From assembly GCA_001687465.1 (NCBI GenBank), contig LVLI01000670.1, positions 1-46,701 on the forward strand: a DNA stretch of 46,701 nucleotides, read 5' to 3'. Origin of the DNA: Halocafeteria seosinensis (taxonomy: Eukaryota). Positions 1 through 9,618 of the stretch are shown in pieces (within the stretch, counting starts at the first letter, position 1; every line of letters begins with the position of its first letter). The notes beneath the pieces are model-generated. The model made no database searches and had not been told where the DNA came from. It saw only the letters and a list, made by a program, of their open reading frames with translations. A program made the position numbers and the translations under genes.

Positions 1-369
1 GTTAAAATCATTTCAAATGAAAATACCGCTCTGCAAGGAGCCGCTTATTACTGCCGCTATGGTTGACTTGCTTAGAGCACAAGTTCCCAAGTACATGCAC
101 CAGTCACCAGTCGCGTCTCGCAACTTGAGTCGAAAGTTGCAACTTGCAACAACTTCAACCTAACTTGCTATCGGGAAGCTTCACAAGCGCGACTCTTTCG
201 TTGGTGTTGTATGATATGCGACATTTTGGGTTGAATTATGTCAAGATAAGTTGTACATTATTGAGACCTGCACGGGATGGGTGATAGCTTTTGTGGATAC
301 ATTATACCTTGAAAGAGTGGAATTGAAACTTGACCTGAGCTTCGTGAGATCTATTTCAGGCCCTTTCAG

Positions 370-2748
370 ATGATGCATGGCACCAGCACCGCTTCGAGGC
401 AGAGGAACCGGCCCCCTCCGTCCAGTTCGAGTAGCTACCGGGAGAGGAGTCGAAGTCAAAGAATGGCACGAGAGAGTGCCCAGAGCCGACGCGCCACCGC
501 TGGTGGGAGATCCATGACGTCCTTGGAGGAAGATGGGTTCGGTTTATGGGAGACAAATATCCACCCATTACAGAGTTCACCGAGTGATATTTCCCTTGGA
601 TTAAAGAAAAATGCCCACGGTAGCTCGGATAGACACCCGTTGGCTGTGGTCTCTGAATCACCTACTCACCGCTACAAAGTGTTAACGGCATCTCGCAGTT
701 TGGACCAAGAGATTCAACCCGATATTCCCCAGGCCGGTTTCATGAAAAATTACCATCGTCATGAAAAGGAGGGAGGGAGTCCAAGGCAGAGTAAAACTTG
801 GAGACGCGTTTATGGGGGTGGGAAGAGTGAAACTTCCACGAGAGAACCCGAGACGGCAGGCGTTCAAGTCCGAGCACTTGGCGTTCGCACTGTTAACGCT
901 TCTGAAGCCATACCGACGTCGCCTATGGCCCCTAGACGCAAGTTTTCGTCAAACAGAAAAGTTGACGCATCCGGAAAGATGCGTGGAAGAACCCTGCAGA
1001 GCGCGAAAAACGCAATTTCCTCCTTCATGAAGGAGCAAACTGCCAAGTCACGGGAACAGAGGAGGAATCGATCGCGTTCTCCCGATAGACATTCCCCGAG
1101 AGAGTCTCTTTCGAGCCAACAACAAATACAGCGAATAGTCACGTCTATAGACAACCCTCAACTTTTGGATGGGTTTGTGCTTCTGAATGCATCGGGTGCT
1201 GAGTTACCTGATGCCGCAGTTACCGCCAACCTACTCGATCAGAATTTGGCAGATGTGGAGGAAGACGATCTGCAGTATTTTGTTCGATTAGAAAAGCTTA
1301 ATGTATCTATAAATCACTTGAACCTTGAGCCGATGAGGAAACTCCCTGCTCTCGTTGAATTACAGATTTCGGGAAACGATATCACGGATATTGTGCTACC
1401 AATGCGCGAGGATGAGGAACTAGATGGATTTCAGCGATTGGAAGTACTGGACCTGTCACACAACCAGCTATCTACAGCGGCAATAGCGGCCCTGGCAGAT
1501 ATGCTCCGCCTTCGGCATTTAGACATATCTCATAACAACCTCAGGAAGTTACCACCTCCTTCCGTTATGGTGAGTACCGTTGTATTAAGTGACTGGTAAG
1601 AATGTTGCACAAGTATAACACTCATATCTTATTGAAACCCTGTGCAGGCAAACTTTGTTGCGCTGGAAGTATTGAATGCTAACGATAATTACCTAACCGA
1701 GCCCCAAGGCGGTAGCTGCTATCCGGAAAGCCCAGAAGCAGCTTATCAGGAGGAGCATGTGCTGACGTCCCTTTCTTGCATGCCCAGTCTGCACACTCTG
1801 AATCTTTCGCGCAACTACATCTCAACAATTCCAGAGTTAGTAGCAATTGGCTGGTTGGATGAGAACGGGGAACAAACCCACACGCTTCCACCCTTCTGCG
1901 CTCTGAAATCTATAGACCTATCGTACAATTTGCTACAAGAAGAAGAACACATAGTCGATCTCGTAGCCTACACGCCTCGGCTTCAGGAGGTCAAACTCAC
2001 CGGCAACCCGCTTACTGAAACGTCTCGGCATGCAATGGGATCATCGAAAGGAGGAGGTAAAGCCAGTAAAGCTGAAGGAGGCGGGGGCGATCAAGAGGAA
2101 CTACTGGACGAATTCCACCAAGTCGACAATGAAGATGATCAGCATTCACTGTCTACACAGAATCTTTTAAAAATCCTCCGCGAAGAGACACTACATACAT
2201 CTGAAACCTTGAACGCCTTGATACCCCCACATTCGGTAGAGGAGCAAGCCCATTCTTTGTCTGACATCCACGGCTCTGGGGCTAAGGGAAGATCGGTGAA
2301 AATAACCCTTGCAGAACCGCAAGAAGAATCTGCAAATACGAAGTCCCCAAATCGTTCACAGAGTCTCAAGAGCTTTAGTCCCATGAGGACATCGGCCCAG
2401 TCTGTCTCAGTAAGGGAGTCGAAATCTAAAGAGGAAGACGACAGACAACATCAACCCGAAAACGCCATCCAGTATGTGCAGCAAATGTCGACAATGTCCT
2501 CGGCACCTCAGGAAGAAGTTGGGGAATCACAGAGCTTTTTAGAGTCAACTGCTGATATAAGACGAGCTGTGAATCTTCAAGAGAGGAAGAACGCGGACGT
2601 CGATACTGATACATTAAACACATCGATTCCTCTGAGTATCCTCAGAGAAGCAGCTGGACGCTCGGAGGAAGTTAACCATTCCAAGGGAGCTCAAACGCGC
2701 CAGGCAATGGCCTCTCTTCGCGACATTTTGGCAAAACCCATGTCATGA
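370..2748 (+). CDS. XRRA1-like leucine-rich repeat protein (2 exons; intron 1570-1647)
   Basis: ORFs 370..1599 and 1642..2748 join in frame across GTGAGT...TGCAG. LRRs such as LEKLNVSINHL, LEVLDLSHNQL, LRHLDISHNNLRKLP and LKSIDLSYNLL resemble XRRA1 from recall. Start codon uncertain. Confidence 0.7.
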
Positions 2749-2770
2749 TGTGCCACGGTCTTTGCTGTAG

Positions 2771-4255
2771 TTACTGTTGACGTAGCCCTTCCTGGGCAAA
2801 TAGATCTGTTGAGTCCCACTCACCAATCGATATATTGGCATGCTTCATAGCCTCTCGAACCCACGAGGGAACGCTGTTTGAGCCATTGGGAAACATTTTG
2901 CGTAAGAACGTTCGCACGAACGACTCATAGTCTCCCTGGATGATCGCCTGACGCATTTTTCGCACCAGTTGCATCATGTACGCGATATTGTGGTACGTTA
3001 GCAACTGGGGAGCGACCGTATCTGTTTTGAGAAGCAGGTGCAGGTACGATCGCGTGTACGTTTTGCAAACGTAGCACTCACAAGTGTCGTCGATTGGCCT
3101 CATATCCTTCATAAACTTTCCCTGTTTCAATTTGAGCAAGCCCCACGGGACCAGGGCTGTGCCGAACCTACCAGTACGAGTGGGGTATACGCAATCATAC
3201 ATATCAACGCCCAGTCCTGAACATACGACAAGATCCAGAGGGTAGCCAACTCCCATTAGATATCTAGGTTTGTCAGTCGGTAGACGCTCACAACAATACG
3301 CGACAACTTTCCAGAAATCATTCTTGTCTTCCCCACCGGCAAGTCCTCCGATGGCGTAACCCGGAAGGTGCTCATCCCGTTTCACCATCAGCTCTAAACA
3401 TTGAGCCCGCAGTCCCTCATCGCTCAAGTCCAATCCTCCTTGGACAATTCCAAATAAATTCTGTTCTGTTTTGCGATTATGAGCGGCAATGCATCGATCA
3501 ATCCACCGTATTGTCCGATGACATGCTTCCGTGAATCTCTCAAAATCTTGGCTCTGAGTATGCACGACATCGTCGAGAGCCATCATTATATCCGAGCCGA
3601 TTTGATTTTGCAAATTCATACTCATCTCTGGCGTTAGCATCATTTCACTTCCATCGACGGGTGACTGAAAGAGGACACCTTCTTCTGTAATTCTGGCCAA
3701 GTGCAACAACGACACCATCTGAAACCCCCCACTGTCTGTGAGGATATTGCGATTCCACGAGCTAAATTTGTGTAATCCGCCAAGTTCTTCTAAAATATCT
3801 CCTCCTGGTCTATTTCCGAGGTGGTACGTATTGCCCAAAATAATCTGCCTCAAAACATGCACAAGTACGTAAATGGACAACTGGGCCCCCAGGAAGCTAT
3901 GCGCACAACTCACCTCGCAGTCCAACGGATCCGATTGCAGCTGATGTGGGGTCAGCCCTTTGACAGTCCCTTGTGTGCCCACAGGCATGAAAACAGGCGT
4001 CCGTACAGGACCATGGGGCATATGTAATGTAAGTGCTCGAGCTCTTCCACAGATCTTGTGCATATCCACGCGGAGCGCTGGTCCACACACTTTCGAGTAC
4101 ATGACCGGCGTCAGGTCCTCGTGCTGCTGCTGCTGCTCTGCAGGAGAGGAGGAGGAATCCTTGTGCTTTTTGGCTGATTTATCTGTATTTGTGTCTATAT
4201 CTGCTGGTGTAGAGCGCTTGAGCCCAGCTCCACTTTCTTTTCCATTTTCACTCAT
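2771..4255 (-). CDS. QTRT1: Queuine tRNA-ribosyltransferase catalytic subunit (in-frame 69-nt intron 3845-3913)
   Basis: Motifs TPVFMPVGTQG, ILGNTYHL, LTDSGGFQMVSL, GYAIGGLAGGE, DCVYPTR and the Zn site CECYVC...H. Removing the GTGAGT...CAG intron restores DCE-IILGNTYHL. Confidence 0.95.
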   Translation of the reverse strand: MSENGKESGAGLKRSTPADIDTNTDKSAKKHKDSSSSPAEQQQQHEDLTPVMYSKVCGPALRVDMHKICGRARALTLHMPHGPVRTPVFMPVGTQGTVKGLTPHQLQSDPLDCEVSCAHSFLGAQLSIYVLVHVLRQIILGNTYHLGNRPGGDILEELGGLHKFSSWNRNILTDSGGFQMVSLLHLARITEEGVLFQSPVDGSEMMLTPEMSMNLQNQIGSDIMMALDDVVHTQSQDFERFTEACHRTIRWIDRCIAAHNRKTEQNLFGIVQGGLDLSDEGLRAQCLELMVKRDEHLPGYAIGGLAGGEDKNDFWKVVAYCCERLPTDKPRYLMGVGYPLDLVVCSGLGVDMYDCVYPTRTGRFGTALVPWGLLKLKQGKFMKDMRPIDDTCECYVCKTYTRSYLHLLLKTDTVAPQLLTYHNIAYMMQLVRKMRQAIIQGDYESFVRTFLRKMFPNGSNSVPSWVREAMKHANISIGEWDSTDLFAQEGLRQQ

Positions 4256-4518
4256 TTTCTACACAACCAATCGCATTATTATTACTCTAGTAAATAATAA
4301 TGAGGTTTGACATACACAATCATGTGTGTACAAGCAACAAAGACAGTGTATATCGAGCTGTATAGACCTCGGGAAATTTGTGAAGTTGAGGTCTCTTCGA
4401 GAGCTCTATGCACTCTATACGCTGCACTCAATGGGTTGATTCAAGGAGCAAGTAAGGAAAGAGAAGCACTCGATATTTTGGTTGTAGTGTGGAAAATCCC
4501 GTGTGTACAACTGGAACG

Positions 4519-5605
4519 ATGGAGCAGCTTTTGGAAAACAAAATGTTCGACGGCTATGTTCGGCGTGTACGTCATTTATTCACTGTATAATGTCCCATAC
4601 ATGTTGTATACGGTGTTTTCATGATGCTGGCGCAGTTCCAACATCACTCGAAGTGCACCAACACGAACATGGTGTTTTCAGTGTACCTGCCACCGCAAGC
4701 TCTGAGTGGCCAGCAGAAGCTTCCAGTGCTGTATTTTCTTAGTGGATTAACCTGCACAGATCAGAACTTTATCACCAAGGCAGGTATGTTGAGTGTGGTT
4801 GTTTCCAGCCTCACTAACGAGATCGTGCAGACAGACGTCTTGTTGGCTACAACTGCAGGTGCCCAGAAGAAAGCCGCCCGAGAAGGTGTAGTACTTGTAG
4901 CTCCGGATACTTCCCCACGAGGAGCTGGTATCAAAGGGGAAGATGACAGTTATGACTTCGGAACTGGGGCTAGTTTCTATGTGAACGCTATCAAGGAACC
5001 TTGGTCCAAAAATTACCAAATGTATGACTACGTGACCAAGGAACTTCCCGAGCTGATTGAATCGAATTTCCCTGTAGATCCGAAACGAACAGTAAGTGGA
5101 TCAACCGCCAATCTAGCTCATATACTAGACGCTCGTTTTCCAATAAGTATCGGTTGTGCAGGGCATATTTGGTCACAGTATGGGGGGACATGGAGCGTTA
5201 GTATGTGCTTTGGACAATCCTGACAAGTATGTTTCAGCATCGGCATTCTCACCGGTTTGCAACCCGGTCAACTGTCCCTGGGGACAGAAAGCTTTCAGCA
5301 ACTATCTAGGTTATGACGCCCTTGATTTGTGGAAACGATATGATGCAACGTACCTGGTGGAGAGTTATCCTTCCGATGCGCGCACGCTAAAGATTAAGGT
5401 TGACCAAGGACTGGCGGATAATTTCCTGGAAGAGCCTAACCAGCTACAAACCGGAGTCTTTGAGAAAGCAGTGAAGGATCGGCAATCCAAAGCGAGCAAC
5501 ATTCAAGCGGAAATCAACCAACACGAAGGATATGACCACAGTTACTATTTTATCGCGACGTTTGTAGATCAGCACATCGACTTTTTCCTCGACTGCTGTG
5601 AGTAG
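4519..5605 (+). CDS. ESD: S-formylglutathione hydrolase / esterase D (introns 4567-4635, 4784-4858, 5092-5161)
   Basis: Spliced protein begins [21 protein letters not shown] and contains [23 protein letters not shown] (nucleophile), CPWGQKAF and [12 protein letters not shown]. Confidence 0.95.
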
Positions 5606-6069
5606 GAATCTAGTGCACTATTGCTTGATAGTCTTAAGAAATATGCTACACAATCAGTTCAGAAATATTAAGTTTTAGAATTCACAGCTACCTTGTGCAA
5701 CAATGTTTTGGGACCAGTTGCCAACTGGTCAGCAAGTGTGTGTGGTCAGCAGTGGGAACTCAATCCAACACGGCCAAATCCTCCTTTATAGAGTACCCAC
5801 GGCCTGCGAACTCAGCGTTGAATCACACACACACATATGTGACAGATAGCCTCGCGACTCGGGACTAGCGGGTTCTGCCCTCCGGGCTTTACTCCCGGTT
5901 CCGGGCATGCGTCCCGGATTCGAATCAGCTCCCCTTTACATAGACGTACCGCCAATGGAACTATAAGGATCGTGTAAGCGACGGAAGAGAAGTAAAGAGT
6001 TTTGACCCTTCTCTTTATATCGTACTCGTGCTACTTGTAGTCGATACATAGCCCTCTTTATAACGCAAA

Positions 6070-6740
6070 ATGGTAAGAGACACCCTACCTCTCTTCCCCT
6101 TATTGTGCCTCTATTAAGCCACAGAGAGGCTATTGAGAGCCATTTTCGATGAGCAATGCTCCGTTTTGGTATTTCCTGTGTGGAAAATCAGTGGCATGTC
6201 TTTGTGCCAAGTGGAAAGCGTCAAAGGTTGGAGTAGAGAGGCGAAGGGAAAACTACAAAAAGTGCCGGGGTCGAAAGGCTCCCTTTACTGTCCCCTGTGG
6301 TCTGATCCCAGGGAGCAGAGTGTCTGATGTAGTAGGCATTACATGGGCAAATTGCGTCCATACTAGGGCCTTAAGTGTCTCATTTGGTGGAATTGCTCAA
6401 AATTGTGTGTGTGCAACCTAGTTGTCCTTACAAGTGTTTTGTGAAAAACTGTGAATATGCAGGACGGAGCCCCAGTCAAATTAGCTCGCGTGATTCGGTA
6501 AGTCCCTTGTTGCGGTTGCATTTTCCCCTGCAGTACATGAATAAGGTTGTATGTGCTTTAACTTCGTGGCCTTGCAGCGTTCTTGGACGTACCGGAAACA
6601 CTGGTAACGTCACCCAGGTTAGAGTGGAGTTCTTGGATGATAAGGAGCGAACTATTATCCGAAATGTCAAAGGACCTGTACGCAATGGCGATGTACTTAC
6701 ATTGATGGAGTGGGAGCGAGAAGCCAGGAGGCTTAGATAA
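6070..6740 (+). CDS. RPS28: 40S ribosomal protein S28 (eS28); ATG-only first coding exon; introns 6073-6462 and 6498-6577
   Basis: Spliced protein [66 protein letters not shown]. Confidence 0.95.
6077..6398 (+). ncRNA. Candidate structured intronic RNA (snoRNA-like or cis-regulatory) in RPS28 intron 1
   Basis: The intron is 390 nt against a 60-90 nt norm. It has several hairpins, an ANANNA box (ACAAAA 6255-6260), a stem AGTGCC/GGCATT and ACA at 6341-6343. Family not recognised. Confidence 0.45.
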
Positions 6741-7239
6741 CTCTCGTATGGTGGAATTTCTATGGTTCCTTTTCTCTTGTATTGCTCCGTCGGTAGATAT
6801 CCAGTTCGTGTTGGAGGACCACGAGGGACCTAATCAGACCGGAGATCATTCATCAACTGTATTCCCTGTGTAATTGCGCGTCGTATGAGTACTACAAAAA
6901 GAGGAAAGGAGCCTTTTCACCCATCTATCTTTTGTCGTCATTCGCAAAACGATGATGATGATGTAAAATTGTGAGTAGCTTGCGCTACTATGGTGTTCTA
7001 CCTCCGTCTAAACATTATAGATAATACACAAAGTTCCATTGGGTATTAATCAAGCATCGTCCTTCTGTCAACGTTGGTAATAAGTAGTTCTCTTGCTTGT
7101 TCATGCATGCTACATCAGCTTCCAACTAAAGTCTATGTAGTGCCACGTACCCCTTGCGATTGTTGCAACAGCAGTATCAGGATTGTTGCGTGACACAGGT
7201 TTACTTCATGGTGTTGACCTTCAGCAATTCCATATCGGG

Positions 7240-9083
7240 ATGCTTCGCAGGCCTCTTCGCATTTTCAGCCGAAATATACATACACGGTATTTAGCATCAG
7301 TGTGTCCTCGGTGTCTTCCATTAAGACAGTATCCAACCATGGCCAGCGGAAGCGCGAATCCCTCTCACAAGGAGGATCTGGAGACTCTTCGGAGAGTTCA
7401 GTCGTGGGAGCTATGGCGGTCTCAAGCCAAGGAGATGGTCGACTACATGGCGGACTACTACATTTTCTTGGAAAAGCAGCAGCAGAACTCGGAGACGAAC
7501 TCGCTTCCGGTCAAAAGTCAAGCGGAACCGGGATATCTTAAGGTACGTGTGCTGCCTTCACCCTATCAATCAACTGCGAAACACTCTATAAGAACGCCAA
7601 AAAAAAAATAAAAAATTCACGCGATGATGCCTTCTTTGCAGAATCGGCTCCGTGAAAGCGTGCCGGAAGATGCTGAAGCATTCCAGGACGTACTTCAGGA
7701 TGTCCAGAAGCATATTATGCCGGGTATCACGCATTGGCAGCATCCTAGCTTCTTCGCATACTTCAGCGCCAATTCGTCTGGGCCAGGAATACTTGGATCT
7801 ATGCTGAGTTCCATGTTCAATGTCATTGGCTTTTCTTGGGTGACTAGCCCAGCCTGCACAGAGCTGGAAACAATCGTCTTGGATTGGCTAGGTGACCTCT
7901 TGCAGCTTCCCGTACAGTTTTCGTCGAGAACAGGTAAAGGAGGTGGAGTCATACAAGGAACCGCTAGTGAAGCTACCTTGGTCGCCTTATTGGCAGCCAA
8001 ATCAAAAGCACTGAAAACGTTCCCTCAACTGACTGGATTGAATGCTGGAGAAGCAGCGGGAAAGCTGAGAGTGTATACTTCTGACCAAGCGCATTCTGCA
8101 GTCCTCAAGGCAGTAAAAGTTGCAGGCATCCCCGAAGAAAACTGTGTTTCTATCAAAGCAGAGAAACGGGTACCGAAGACTCAGCATGCTGCCCTTGAAT
8201 ACGGAGAAGACGTCAGTGAACTAGAAAATTACCCGATGGACCCTGCAAAGTTACAGCAGGCCATCGAGGAGGACATGAGCAACGGGTATACACCTTGCTT
8301 TGTGTGTGCGACGTCTGGTACCACTAGTAGCGGTGCGTTTGATCCATTGGATGAAATTGGTCAACTGTGTAGGCAACACGATGTTTACCTTCACGTCGAT
8401 GCGGCTTGGGCTGGTAGTGCATGCATATGTCCAGAATACCGACCTTTGATAAACGGTGTAGAACATGCAGATTCGTTCAACTTTAACCCTCACAAGTGGC
8501 TTCTCACGAACTTTGATTGTTCCACCCTGTGGGTTCAAGAGAAAAGGTGGCTGTTGGAAGCTCTCAGTTTGACTCCAGAATTCTTGCGGTCTAAGGAATA
8601 CGAAGCCGGCTTAGTACAGGACTACAGAGACTGGCAGGTCCCATTAGGGCGATCCTTCCGCAGTTTGAAACTGTTCTTTGTGCTTCGAATGTTTGGCAAG
8701 AAAGCACTCCAAGCACACATCCGTGAGCATTGTTCGCTCACTGCACGATTTGCTAAACTAATCCAGCAAGATGAAGCTTTCGAATTGGTTACTCAACCGA
8801 GTTTATCACTCGTATGCTTTAGACTGCGGTAAGTCGAATAGTGTGTGTAAAGCACCCTCATCTGTGTCACTATTGCAACGTATGCCCTATGTGCAGTGGA
8901 AGTGATGAAGAAAACGAAAAACTTTTGGAAGCAGTCAATAATTCAGGGAAATCTTTCCTTATCCATACGAAATTAGATGGAAAAGTTGCTCTGCGCTTCA
9001 CCGTAGGGTGCCCCCAGACAAGAGAAGTGCACGTCGATCACGCCTACGAATTACTGAGGTCCGAAGCGAACAAAATAGTATGA
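7240..9083 (+). CDS. Group II PLP-dependent aromatic amino acid decarboxylase family enzyme, predicted aldehyde-synthase type (introns 7543-7641, 8829-8896)
   Basis: Motifs MVDYMADYY, PGITHWQHPSFFAYF, SPACTELE, GGGVIQGTASEA, HVDAAWAG, NPHKW (PLP lysine) and DYRDWQVPLGR. Alternative start at 7339. Confidence 0.92.
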
Positions 9084-9618
9084 ATGAACCAATTATCATG
9101 TTAATTACCACCAGCCAGTAGTTTGTCGGAATGCTCTTCACTCTAAACTGGTATACCTGGTAACTTGCTCTTCGCTATGAAATCAATCTCTTCATGTCTT
9201 CAAAAATTTACTATTCCAGAGCCGTTTACGATGGCTCTAAACCCTGCCTGTTTTGGTCCATCTGGCATGAATTAATACATCTTTTTTTAGTATCTATTCA
9301 TTCCCTCATTTGTGATAGCTCATGATGCGCTGACAGTTGGCATTGAGGTTTTTGGCAGTTCACTCAGTGAAGTTCACTCGCGGCAAGTTTCCTAACCGTT
9401 TAGTGATGACATTCACAAACGCATTTCTTGCAGTCTACAGTCTATTAGCCTGTTGGATGCCCAAATAAGTCGTTCTGTGCGGGCAGTGTTTAGCTAATAA
9501 TCTATCTCCAGGTATTTCATGAGCTACGTTGCCCCGAGCAGTGTGGAAGTACGAATTTGAAGCCTCCAGGGGCCATACGGGCTACAATTGCATGTAGATG
9601 GCCACATACCGATAAACA

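Noticed and set aside
6265..6320. TPP riboswitch-like fragments (CTGAT...AGGGAG) in the RPS28 intron
   Set aside because: The UGAGA pyrimidine-sensing motif and P5 loop are absent, and the host gene is unrelated to thiamine.
6200..6380. RNase MRP/P, SRP or U17/snR30 identity for the intronic RNA
   Set aside because: No canonical GAAAGUCCCC/GGGGCU P4 pair, no SRP helix 8 motif and no AUAUUCCUA/AAACCAU elements were found.
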